A stretch of DNA of 59,071 nucleotides, counting the filler, from Sphacelaria rigidula (Eukaryota): NCBI GenBank assembly GCA_964200075.2. It is 6 parts of 6 records of this genome, joined end to end, with 100 filler letters (N's around TTAATTAATTAA, not from the genome) between each part and the next. Parts side by side here need not be neighbours in the genome. Positions count along the whole stretch, not along the records: positions 9,864 to 19,626 come from CAXNAA020007818.1; positions 19,727 to 29,489 come from CAXNAA020007819.1; 4 more parts are not named here. One strand, 5' to 3'. The notes beneath the pieces are model-generated. The model ran no database searches and was not told where the DNA came from. It was given only the letters and a program-made list of their open reading frames with translations. The position numbers and the translations under genes were made by a program. Positions 10,355-22,110 of the stretch are shown here, in pieces (the stretch's first letter is position 1; each line of letters opens with the position of its first letter).

Positions 10355-12711
10355 CTAAGAAGGAGAGGAATAGGATAGTGCCAACTCCAGCTTGACATTT
10401 CGTTCTCCTTCGCCAACCACCGTTCCAGCCTCGACCCCCGAATGTCTCGATTCTGTCGGTGCAACTGTACGACGCCGCTTGGGGCCTCGCTGACTGGTGA
10501 AACAGCCACCAGCACCGCGGCAGTCGCCCGACGATAAAACAGACCGCCTGCTGGTCCTTCTTTCCCCACTGCGCGCACGAGTATGAGGAGAGACAACCAG
10601 CTCTAGCTTCATATTTGCCTCCTGTTTGGGAGTATCATTCCCCGCGCTCGGTTTCCCTGGGGTTACTGGAAGCACTGAAGCACTGGGACTGCAGTTCTCA
10701 CGTGCCTCACGACGAGGACCGACGGCACTGTCTGCATCGATAGCGACACCGGTACGTTCAAGGGTTGATTCTCGTCCGTGCATAGCGTCCATACCTCCAC
10801 TCTCGCCTGGATCATGAACTGGGGGAGGCGCTCGATGGCCGAAGGGAGACATCGTGGGCATGGCAGACATTTCGACAGCATGCTTGCGACGGAAAGTTAT
10901 CTTGCTTTTACCCTTCAGATCGAGCATGATGTACTTGCAGCAGCCCTCATGGCCGCACGTCTTGAACACGACATGCACCATGTCCGCGCCAACATGTTTA
11001 GCACCGAATCCCCCCCACCTGCTGCCTACCGTACCGATTGACGGCAGACTCGAGCAGCCCTCCTGGCCGCACGTCTTTACGACATCCACCATGCCCGCGG
11101 TAGCATGTTGAGCACACAATTCCCCCCGCCTGCTTCCTACCACACCGTATGACGGCAGCTTCGGGCAACCCTTCTGGCCACACCTCTTCATGACATTTAC
11201 CATTCCCGCGCCAGCATGCTGAGCGCAGAATTCCCCCTGCCTGCTGCCTACCGTGGCGTAGGACGGCAGCTTTGAGCAACCCTGCTGACCGCACCTCTTC
11301 ATGACATTCATCATGCCGGGGCCAGCATGCTGAGCGCAGACTTCCCCCTGCCTGCTGCCTACCGTACCGTATGACGCCAGCTTTGAGCAACCCTGCTGGC
11401 CGCACCTCTTTTTCACGACATCCACCATGCCCGTGCTAGCATGTTGAGCGCAAAATTCTGGTCGCCTGCTGCCAACCGCGCCGTATGACGGCCGTTTATA
11501 GCAGCCCTGCTGGCCGCATCTCCTGCTCACGACATTCACCATGCCCGTGCCAGCATGTGGAGCGCAGAATTCTGATCGCCAGCTGCCAACCGCGCCGTAT
11601 GACGGCTTTTTGGAGCAGCCGTCCCGGCCGCACCTCTTCTTGCTCACGACATTTACCATGCCCGCGTTAGCATGTTGAGCGCAGAATTCCTCCTGCCTGC
11701 TGCCTGCCGTACCGTATGTCGCCAGCTTGGAGCAGCCCTCCTGGCCGCACCTCTTAGTCACGACATTCACCATGCCCGTGCCAGCATGTTGAGCGCAGAA
11801 TTCTGCTCGCCTGCTGCCTACCGTGCCGTATGACGGCCGTTTATAGCAGCCCTTCATGCCACAAGTCTTGTTCACGACATTCACCATGCCCGTGCCAGCA
11901 TGTTGACCGCAGAATTCTGCCCGCTTGCTGCCTATCGCACCGTACGACGGCTTTTGGAGCGGCCCTTTATGCCGCATCTCCTGCTCACGAAATCAACATC
12001 GCCCGCGCCAGCATGTGGAGCGCAGAATTCTGCTCGCCCGCTGCCTGTCGCATCGTACGACGACCATTTGGAGCAGCCCTTTATGCCGCATCTCCTGCTC
12101 ACGACATCCACCATGCCCGCAGCAGCATGTTGTGCGCAGAATTCCGCTCTCCTGCTGTCTGCCGCACCGTACGACGGCAATTTCGAGCAGCCCTCATGGT
12201 CGCACGTCTTCTTCCGGACATTCACCATACCCGCGGCAGCATGTTGCGCGCAAAATTCTCGCCGCCTGCTGCCTACCACACCGTATGACGGCCATTTGGA
12301 GCAGCCCTCCTGGTCGCATGTCTTGCTCGCGACACCCACCATGCCCGCGCCAGCATGCTGAGCGCAGAATTCCGCCCGCCTGCTGCCTATAGCACCGTAT
12401 GACGGCCATTTGGAGCAGCCCTCCTGGCGGCACCTCTTGCTCACGACATCCACCATGTCCGTGCCAGCATGCTGAGCGCAGAATTTTGCCCGCCTGCCCC
12501 CTACCGCACCGTATGACGGTCGTTTATGGCAGCCTTTCATGCCGCACATCTTTCTCGCGACATCCACCATGCCCGCGCCAGCATGTTGAGCGCAGAATTC
12601 TGCCCGCCTGCTGCCTACCATACCATATGACGGCTTGTTGGAGCAGCCTTCCTGGCCGCACGTCCTGCTCGTGACCATTAGCATACCCGAGGTATCTCCT
12701 ATACAGGGCAA
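10355..12711 (-). CDS. EsV-1-7-type cysteine-rich repeat protein (about 14 canonical plus 2 degenerate 37-39-aa repeats, C-x4-C...FC-x2-H...GMVNV), split by a 1-nt frameshift near 11955
   Basis: ORFs 11932..12711 and 10355..11977 carry the same ~114-bp tandem unit; motif matches the EsV-1-7 repeat of phaeoviruses and brown algae; low-complexity C-terminal tail. Confidence 0.88.
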
Positions 12712-12749
12712 GAACAGACTCGAATTTCACACAAGTCTTGTTGGCCGCA

Positions 12750-14240
12750 GCTGCATGAAATCCGCTCCATCAGATCCGCTCCATAACCAGGAGCTAACCA
12801 ACTGTAGTTCAGAAGTTTTTTTCAAGCAAGGAGAGGAAGCGGGTCATTTCGCAGGGCGATACAGATGGTTTCAGCTTTCACTCTCTCATTTGGTACAATC
12901 AAGAGAGGGAAGAAAAGATGTTGACGCAAGGTTCGAGATGCTCATACCGCAGAGATCGCTCACAGGCGTACCACAAGCAGGCTGCAAAAATTGTTACACG
13001 AATAATTCACACGTCATTGTCCATCGGCCATTCTGTCGTAGCTCGCATAAACCAGCCCAACCGTGGACATATGTAGCACCAGTTCAACCAGCATAAAAAG
13101 CCTGTGGGATGCTCACGTTCAGTTGTAACTCTTCATGTAGAGATGAGCATTCAATCGATTTCATCTGAGGACTTTGTTTGACATCGACTGAAAACGTCAC
13201 ACTGGCTTAGATCTGTGGACACGATGCACCTGTTTCTTCATATGAGAACGGTACGATACAAATGAATCACTGTCATACTGCGTGACAAATACCGTGGACG
13301 ACGATGACCAGTTCACCACGTATGACGAAACGTACATGTTTTCACGTTCTTTGTGAACTTCTTTAGGGGGTCTACAAATTAAAAACGCTTCATGCATTTG
13401 GAGAGTGTGTCCACTGGTGGGCGGCAGTTACGGTCGATGACCCTAAACGATTTCATGCCGATAATGTTGGGTGCTAGTTCCCAGTGCACGTAGTGAGTGA
13501 ACCACGAAAATATTAAAGGGGCGTCGCCAGCATTTGTCAAAACTTCGACATCTAGCAGTCTCTTGCTCCACTCCCGCACAATTAGTACGTTGAAATACGC
13601 GCCTGAATGTATGGGAAGTGCAATCGTCGAACTTCTTCTCAGCATTAATCGCACACTTGCGCAGGGTGCTTCTCTGGCTCCGCAACCATCGCACAGTGAA
13701 GATGGAAAGCAGTTTCACACGAGCAGCCCTGCTTCACTCGCTTCCATCGCCATTCCACGCCGAATAATACATTGCAAAGCGTGCTCGAACGTCAACAATC
13801 CAAAGTCAAGCCGCCGTCACTCGCACCCTCAGGTTCTCGTCAACAGTCATTGACAGTCAACATACCCCTAATAAGGTCAGCGGTGTGAAGTATCGAGTTT
13901 ATAGTCAGTAGTTGTTGAATCCATTTTTTGTGGATCCCCTGTCACCGTGAGGTCCTGGCCTAACTTAACCAGCCCCAGAAACGAAGCCGTCAGCGTCCAA
14001 AAACATGGAGCCTTCAGCATGAAAGCCTTGCTCGTACAGGCGGTCACAAAAACGGCATATGAGGGCGCGTGCGAATTTGCATGCCCCCAGGTCGTCGACA
14101 GAAGCACCACCAGTACAGTTGACTACTGTAAGCATCACCACAGTTGCAAGAAAACTCGAGAGCAGGCCTCACTTCCTGCACAAGGACGGTCTCCCCGCCC
14201 ACCGTCGGCAACAAGTGGATAGTGCGTGAGAGTGGTCAGT
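12750..14240 (-). pseudogene. Unidentified decayed coding-like region upstream of the repeat gene
   Basis: Chain of protein-like minus-strand fragments broken by stops and frameshifts; no motif recognised. Confidence 0.3.
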
Positions 14241-14466
14241 TTGTATCACACCCTGGACAATACAAAGTGTAACATATATTGCCCGCTCAATATGTCGCCG
14301 CGTCGGTTGGTCAATATATATTGGGCCATCAATATGTCAAGGCTCGCCAAATGCAACATATATCGACCGAACAATAATATTGAATTAATTAAATAATTAA
14401 AGGTTGGATGGTTGGATCGTATTTTTTGGACAAGGGGCAAGACAATATGGATCGAAACTTAATTAA

Positions 14467-15726
14467 ACCTTTGAGAACCCAGTGCTGATTTTTGCGTTTG
14501 TGAATCGGCATCATTTTGACTTGGAAATGACTGAGAATGATGCCGATTCACACACACAAAAATCAGCACTGGCGCTGATCCTTGTTCTTGTGAATCGGCA
14601 TCATTTTGACTTCGAAATAACTGAAAATGATGCCGATTCACACGCACAAAAATCGGCACGGGACTCTCGAAGACTCGGCATTTTTCGCAATCAGACCAGC
14701 GGCCTGCCCAAGTGTTCCGACAGAAAAGGACCAGCGATCCTTCAGAAGAGGAGTGGACGTGTATATTTTGTCGCCGCCAGTGATATCCATTATCGTCCGC
14801 GATCGAGTGGCCCGTGTACTTGGTGAAGGGTTTTCCCATCAAAGGGGACATCAAGGCGCAGGGCCGTAGGCACATCCCATAAGGAGTGGACGTGGTTATA
14901 CGCCCGTATTCCTGGGTGCTGCCAGCTTGCAACGCTGAGGACGCCAAGGGTATCGCATCCGATCCCAAGCTTTCAGCTCGAACCGTCCGCGGATGACCGG
15001 ATACGACCCTCTGGCCTCGGCGTCGCAAACTGGCAGCACTCAGGAAGAAGGAAGTATGACCCCGTCGACCCCTTGTTGGAGGTACCTATTATCCTGTGCC
15101 TTACGATCCCCTCTGATGGGAACACCGCGCTCTCAACCACCTAACTGTACTCGGGACGTTGATAGAAGTCAGTGGGGCCGACATATTAACGTGCAGCATA
15201 GTTTACGCTGTGTTGGGGGTGCCAAAAATAATGATGGCGAAGGGGTTGGATGCGGGCGAGACGTACATGATTGACGTGTCGGATCAGCACAGCGGCGGAT
15301 CTTCTGCGTCTGGGATTATACGGGAAGTTGCAGATAGAAATAAAATATAGCCGACGTTCGAGAAAATTTGAAATTAGACGAAGAGCTCGAACGTGTAGCC
15401 ATCACGACCTCGACAAAATATGACGGCACTACGACTTATACGGGTCGTGGTGAAATGCAACGTGTGTAATCTGCAGAAAATAATAGAGAAAGCCTACGAA
15501 TTCGCCGACAAGGGCAAGCGGGGATTAACGTTCGAAGAATAGCCGATCAGCACGACTGCATATAGCGGCTGTTCACGGCGGCTCGCCCGAGAAATACAAC
15601 TTCTTGACCCTTTCGGAACCCATTGACGATTTTTATTTTATTTAATCGGCATCATTTTCAGTCATTTCGAAGTAAAAATGATGCCGATTCAATGAGCACA
15701 AAAATCGTCAGTGAGTTCCCGAAGGG
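14467..15726. mobile_element. piggyBac-like non-autonomous element nested in the above
   Basis: TTAA at 14463-14466 and 15727-15730; long TIRs (A/C)CCTT...AAGGG containing GAATCGGCATCATTTT units. Confidence 0.75.
14750..15195. repeat. Long imperfect palindrome (core 14833-15122)
   Basis: TTCCCATCAAAGGGGA pairs with TCCCCTCTGATGGGAA; TTCCTGGGTGCTGCCAG pairs with CTGGCAGCACTCAGGAA. Confidence 0.8.
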
Positions 15727-15774
15727 TTAAGATTTGCACCAAAAATAGGAATATAATGACGGCTTGTCCGAGAA

Positions 15775-16085
15775 CTGGAACGTATCGAGATCCGCACCAA
15801 AAAATAGAAAAAAAATTGAATTTACCAATTCGCCGATTTGAATGAGCGGGGAGTAAAAAATGACAAATCAGCCGATGAGCACGATCGTATACTCGTAGCA
15901 GCTGCAGACGTCGGGACGTCGATGAAATTAAACTTTTGAAAATCTGCACGATGCTAGAGACGGCTCGTTGGAGATATGCAACGTATCGAGATCTGCACCA
16001 AAAAATAGGAAAAAATTTAGATTTACCCTAATTCGCCGATTGTGACGAGCGGGGAGTAAACTTTGACACATTAGCCGATGCGCAC
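15775..16085 (+). repeat. Diverged direct repeat, period about 200 bp
   Basis: AACGTATCGAGATC(C/T)GCACCAAAAAATAG...AATTCGCCGATT...GAGCGGGGAGTAAA occurs twice. Confidence 0.8.
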
Positions 16086-18900
16086 ATCAGGTCGTCCGTC
16101 GAAATCAACGTACCAATTTTTTCTTTTTATGTCGGGTTAAATCTACTGGATAAAATAATCTTAGATTCGCCAATTTGACCGATGAGCACGAATGGGCAGA
16201 AATATAGCCTTGGATTAATGTTAGAGGCGCCAAGCGATGAGGTATATCAAATTAGCGTTGGAGGAGGCAGATGGCAGTCGGGAATTATGGCCCAATACGA
16301 TGGAAAGGGCGATCCGTTATGAAGAAGCTACGAGGGCGATACGGTGTGTTCTCATATTGTCTACCTTACTGTGTTTGGGACCCACCTTAGAGTCATCAGT
16401 TCATAAGGTCTTGCATGGTACGAGCTATGACTCCGCTGAGAGAGGACGAGGTTTTGATCTACGTCTGAGAAACGCCAGTGGGATATTTTGCAACACCAAC
16501 TAAATTCAAAAACAGATTTTTCAGGACGAGGGGACGACAATATATCACAACACGCGCCACCTCAATTTATATTGGCCGAGTAATATGTTGGTGCGGCAAG
16601 GCACCAATATATAGATATTTGTCGAGTAATATACTGGCTGCCACACGAGGTCAAAATATATTGACGATTCAATATACTCAACACCCGAAGCGCCAATATA
16701 TATATTCCCGCCCCAATATATCGTGCGTCAATGCGTCCAATATATATTGGGCGGACAATATACGAAGAAACCGACGGTCACAATACATATTGGAGTGGCA
16801 ATTTATATTGGTGATTCAATGTGTATATTGGAGAGTGTAGTGGAATTGGGATGGCGGGCAGTTCTATGTTCGCGGACGCCGTTGGAACATGTTATCACCA
16901 CATGCCGAAAACGCTCAGTGTATTCCTCCGCAAGCATGTTCAGTAAATTGACTGCACGACAGCTATGCGATGAGCGTGCGCAATATACATTAGAAAAACA
17001 ATGCTTTTGCATGGTTTGCGTTCAATATATATGTTATGGTAACAATATACTACGCATAACTTCGACTGAATATATATATTGAAACTCCAATACATACACG
17101 GCCAGAATGTACAATATATATTGAATGTTTTATTCCCGGAAAAAATGCATGTCCAATATACATTGTCATACCTTTCTTCATTATCATGACACGAGCAATA
17201 TGTGTTGTTGCTACAATGTCTCCAGGGACATTTCAGCACAATATATATTGAAAGGGCAGTATTTGTGCTGGCTCCAATACAAAGCATTGGTATCATATTG
17301 GAACATATTGTATTGTCCGGGGTATAAGCAACACAGCCCCGGTGACCACAGGGATACCAAAAGGCGCATATCGACCAGCGTTTTCTGTCGTCGTGATGTT
17401 TAGCCGAGATACATCCATTACATGCTGGGAAGGAGATGGGCGGCCCCGCACCGGTGGCCAGATAGGTATCAGGAGGCATATATACGGGATCGCCTCTTCT
17501 GTCACATATTTTCTGACCAGCATATGTCTAACTAAGATTACGTGTGAACGCTTCTTCTGTGCAAGCGGGTCAATTAGACCTACTCTCAAAACATTACACT
17601 TCACAAAACCCTTCAGCTCTACTTCACCATACGACATTTTTCATTTTCGAAAGCTTGATGAGATAGTGCAATGTTTTCCCATCATCGTTTACGTTTGACG
17701 AGGGCGAGATTCGACCTTTGACCCAAGCAGTCAGTGCCTGAAAGTGTGCGCGCAATAGGCAACACGCGGGGCCCTGATGGTGGATCTGAAACTTTGATTC
17801 TGAGAAACGCAAATTTCACGTATACATGCATACACGTGATGAACACAGGTGACATCAGACTGCAAAACGATTTCTTGGAGTTCGGTGAATTTTGGTGTCA
17901 CAGTTTTTTTGTTTTTTCTTCGTCTTTTTCTGGGTTGTCTATTATTTGACAATCGCAGTCTTCATTGTATACGTGCAATACATGACGTTCAAACGGTAAC
18001 GCGATTATATTTTTATTCCCTTACACCATAAGCGTCTGAGTCGCGTACGCGCGACATATAAGTGCGTCATATCAATATGATTTCAATCAACAACAATCAT
18101 AGGCGCTGTGTTTATTGTTGCCTGTTTGTAGGCCTTTCTGTGTTCCTTAAATTCGATTTCCCGGCGTTCGGGGTTCGGTGAATTTAACAGCCGATTTGCC
18201 GCGGTTCGGTGAAGTTTGGAGCCGGATTATATTGTCTCTGGCTGTACTGTCTGCATTGCGTGCAAGCAGTGTCTTGGGTGCGTGTGTGCGTGTTTCGTTC
18301 AGGAGGATATACAACGTAGAAGAGAAGCGGGCAACGTGCAGTGCATACAGCCCAGGACTATCAGTTCTCTCTTCTTACAATGCAACATGAAGAGGACTTC
18401 GGCAACGTGCAGCTTTGTGCTGCCTGCACTGTCCATGAGCGTGCACGCAACTCGATTGCGCACCGTACCACGCAGTTCCGTCACTGATCCCTACCATGAG
18501 AGAAGATGCAAAGTCAAGTTTTCGCCAACAATAATGAACAAAGCACAACCAACTACTGTACTGCAGTGTATCTATCCCTGGGCTCAACTCGTGCGCTACG
18601 CTGCAGAATTGCGGTGGTAGCTGAGAATGAGTTGGATGGAGTATGCATGGTCCTGTGAACGGGTACTATCTGGCGTGGTGGTCTATAAGATGAGAGTCAA
18701 GTGCCGCTTCGTTCCTTTCGACCGCATGTTTTCGATCGAGCACGATTATTTTCAACCTCGTTGCATTCTTCTCCGCGTGCCCCTAATAATAATTTTGAGT
18801 TGAAGCCTTCTGGGAACATGAATACGGTGCACGTATCAGATCGGCGAAAAAAAATCGACCGCACTTTTCCGATCGAAAAATAAAGTGAGGACGTGTCTTA

Positions 18901-19367
18901 GGCCAACTCTAAAGAAAGGGAGTCGTTCAAAATTCCTGTTCGAAACTGCCTTTTGGGCCCTTCTCCGTCGATTTACGCCCGAACAGAGGGCTAGGCGGAC
19001 GATGACGCCTTGGAATGGCTCACTCTAATCGTTGAGACCGTTCTAGGGCAACTTTTGCATTTCCCGCTGGCCGCAATTTTGTTATTGGCCAAACCAGGCC
19101 AAACACGAATTTTCAGTACAAAACGGTCTAGTGATCAAAATTCCCCCCTTTTCGTTGATCGCTCGAGCGTTTTTTGTTGTAAAATCCGTGTTTGGCCAAA
19201 AATGAAAGTGCGGCCAGCGGGAAATGCAAAAGTTGCCCTGGAACGGCCTCAATGAGTAGAGCAAGTCATTCCAAGGCGTCAATATCCGCCTAGCCCTCTT
19301 TCAGGCGGAGGGGGCCAAAAACGCAGTTTTAATCAAGAATTTCGAACGGCTCCCATTAGAGTCGGTC
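18901..19367. mobile_element. Foldback MITE, PIF/Harbinger (Tourist)-like
   Basis: Whole element palindromic; GGCCAACTCTAA/TTAGAGTCGGTC termini; TTA and GTA flanks; partial family copy at ~45890-45995. Confidence 0.75.
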
Positions 19368-19382
19368 GTAGGCCCTGTCTTA

Positions 19383-19570
19383 GGCCGTGTCGTAGCACCT
19401 CATATTTCGATCGAAGAAGTGCGGTGGAGAACGAGAATCCTGATCTGATTGGTCGTGATTTCAACCATCATCAAAATGAACGACGATGGTTGAAATAACG
19501 ACCTATCAGATCGGAGTTTTCTTTTTCCACCGCATATTTTCGATCAAAAAAAATGTGCGAAGACACGCCC
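19383..19570. mobile_element. Second palindromic Harbinger-like MITE
   Basis: GGCCGTGTCGTAGCAC/GTGCGAAGACACGCCC termini, TTA/TTG flanks; related arms at 18838-18892 and 19585-19626. Confidence 0.65.
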
Positions 19571-19626
19571 TTGGCACATGGGTTTTCGATCGAAGAAGTG
19601 CGGTGCAAAACAAAAATCCTGATCTG

Positions 19627-19726
19627 NNNNNNNNNNNNNNNNNNNNNNNNNNNNNNNNNNNNNNNNNNNNTTAATTAATTAANNNNNNNNNNNNNNNNNN
19701 NNNNNNNNNNNNNNNNNNNNNNNNNN
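19627..19726. other. Artificial contig spacer
   Basis: N + TTAATTAATTAA + N. Confidence 0.98.
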
Positions 19727-19735
19727 GTTTTAGGC

Positions 19736-20056
19736 TTGAACCTCATCTCGGAGTTAAACCTCAATTCGCACAATTTGTTGTTCCATGTCGCTCGTGTTCG
19801 TTTCTATGCTGATTCGCAGTTGCACAGCACTGCGGAACTAAAAAATGTATTCCAGCATCTGTATGCTCAAGGTGAATGTCAGATGAATGCTTTGGTGCAC
19901 ATCGCTGAGGATGAAAATGGCGAGCTTATTGTTTTGGTCGATTGGGAAGGGTTCGGTGCTGAAGAACGTACGTGGGAGTCTCTTCGCAACATTCATTCTT
20001 CTGCGCCTGAATTTGTCTTGAAGGAATTGCGTAAAATCGGTCGACTCGGGCGCTGA
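19736..20056 (+). pseudogene. pol: Gypsy integrase C-terminus/chromodomain, related to the contig-1 element
   Basis: HVARVRFYAD...VFQHLYAQGE...VDWEGFGAEERTWESL; GGGGG tract then TGT at 20173 may start the 3' LTR. Confidence 0.85.
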
Positions 20057-21889
20057 CCACTACATTAGCGTCAGAGTATGGTATTTCTTTGTGATGTGGC
20101 GCATGCGATTTTGCCTTGATTTTTTTTGGTTATCAAGCTACTTCGTTTGTCTTGAACTCGCTTTGGGGGTGCTGTAACCCAATGATACCAAGCCGTAGGT
20201 TTCATTATAATCGCATGCATGACTGAAGTAGTGGCAGGGGACAGGATATCCTGGATTGATGACCGTTATCTGTGTGGCCCCTCGCTGTTGAACTCTAGAT
20301 GTGGTCTGTAGAGGATCACTCCGTTTTAATAGCAAGTGAGAAAAAGGGACTTGTCGAGCATGACGCCAGTGCTACTGCAGGATTCCCTCGTGGATAGTCC
20401 TCTTGTCCAAATCGTCTGGAAGAGGCTACAGCTCTCACTAGGTCCAGGTTGTCCGCCCGACAAGTCGGTTCCGGGGTTTCAAACCCCGATGCGGCCCTGA
20501 GAGCACGCGGTCCTAGCACGTCATACACCCAAAGACATTCGTAGCCACCTGGTTTCGGTTCCTCCTTCTATTTTCTCGAGCTCTCATACATCTCAGCCAC
20601 TTGAGTGGCGAGTTCAAGCAACGCTGGTCAAAGGACAAGGCATGTGTCCCTCACCAACATATTATGCGATGTTTCACAAGCGTATCTTGCGCTTTTGCGT
20701 GCTTCAGATGTTGCGGCTCCAGAGTCGTCAATGGAGGTCGACCTGTGTGACATCGATCACGAGGATCGTCTCACGACAATGGCTATAGGTGGCATGAAGA
20801 AGTTCTTCAGTCGGGGGGAAGATCTATACTCCGATATCTCTGTCGGCAGTAAACCGGGTGTAATGCGTGAGAAGACCGTGTGTTAAGGGTACCGCATCGT
20901 AGTTCGAAACACCTCAGGATTGACGTTTTTCAAAACCAATCGGGCTAGTCCCTGCAGGGACTACGCCCATGGCCCTGACTTCAACACTAACGGTGGCCCT
21001 AACCCGGATCCTAACCATGGGGATATTCACATTCTGATGCGGTCCTCTAAGCACGCGGTCCTCTCACGCATTACACAAGGTCCCCTGAGTTATCCTTCGA
21101 CGGGGGAAGGGAGGGGTTTGGACCATTTCTCATAAACAAAATGCCACTTCAATCGCCGTTGAAAGTGTTCGTGATAGCTGCTGTAGCATCGACTGAGTTG
21201 TGTAGAACATCTGATTGGACGGCTTGAATAACGGAACTGTCGATCTATAGGTTGCTGAGCTATCACATATTGGAGAATTGCGAAGAACGTTCGCAGTCCT
21301 TTCTGTTGATTATGTAGGAATACTCTTTGTGGATACTGCATTAGTCCGAGCATGGTATCTGTGGTGCGGGGAATAAGCCAAGGTTTTTGCGGTACGTAAG
21401 GCAGTGCTTTGGTCCGAGTTCCATTGCTGGAATCATGTGGTTTCTAGAGTCTCTGGGATGTAGACGACGAGAGCAAGCCTACCTTGTTCAAATCACTTTC
21501 CCGGCCCGTCTCTGGGACCAAGGCCTCAAAAATACAATACATATTTTTCTCCAGAAGTCACGAGTTTATCAACACGCTATAGTGTCATCAGTCGACTGCT
21601 GCTTCGTCCCCCTGGACCGTGCATGAGACTATTGAGGGAGGCTTGATCAACCTGCCTCATCCTGGCTGAACTGGGGAACAAGGATCCCGCGGTTGACCCA
21701 GCTGAGGGTGGATCGCTCGAAGTTGGTGAGAGGATTTGTTCTGTAGAGACACAGTTGTGTCAACTTATGACTCTAGTATCGTCGTTAGGTGAGCAACAGG
21801 AAAGGAAAGTGAAGCCCTCCGGTTTTGTAGCTGTCGCGCCGGGAGGCAGCGGGCCAGAGACTAGTATGCATCTTTCTGAAGATGCTACT

Positions 21890-22110
21890 GGTGGGACCGC
21901 GGGAAGTACGGGTGGCGATGCACAAGGCTCAGGCGTGTCCAGCATGTGGGTTGGGAGTGGTAGTCTTGCAGACTCAGGCTTGAATCCTCGCGCATCTACT
22001 GTAATTCGGTACCGGTGGGACCGCGGGAGGTATGGGTGGCGATACCCAAGGCTTAGGCGTGTCCAGCATGTGGGTTGGGAGTAGCAGTCTTGCAGACTCA
22101 GGCTTGAATC
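21890..22110 (+). repeat. Tandem duplication (period about 125 bp) in Copia gag region
   Basis: GGTGGGACCGCGGGA...GCAGACTCAGGCTTGAATCC occurs twice. Confidence 0.9.

Larger units (their letters stand above)
14247..17326. mobile_element. Non-autonomous TIR DNA transposon with AATAT(A)-rich subterminal arrays
   Basis: Ends ACACCCTGGACAATACAA and TTGTATTGTCCGGGGTAT are imperfect inverted repeats; dense CAATAT/ATATTG motifs at 14255-14400 and 16535-17315; TSD not clean. Confidence 0.7.

Noticed and set aside
10880..12680. CRISPR-like or satellite interpretation of the ~114-bp periodic array
   Set aside because: Units are whole codons with a conserved protein motif, have no unique spacers and no cas genes nearby; it is a coding repeat.
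10355..19626. Integrated phaeovirus (giant endogenous viral element)
   Set aside because: No viral hallmark genes (capsid, polymerase, integrase, ATPase) recognised; EsV-1-7 repeats are also common in host genes.
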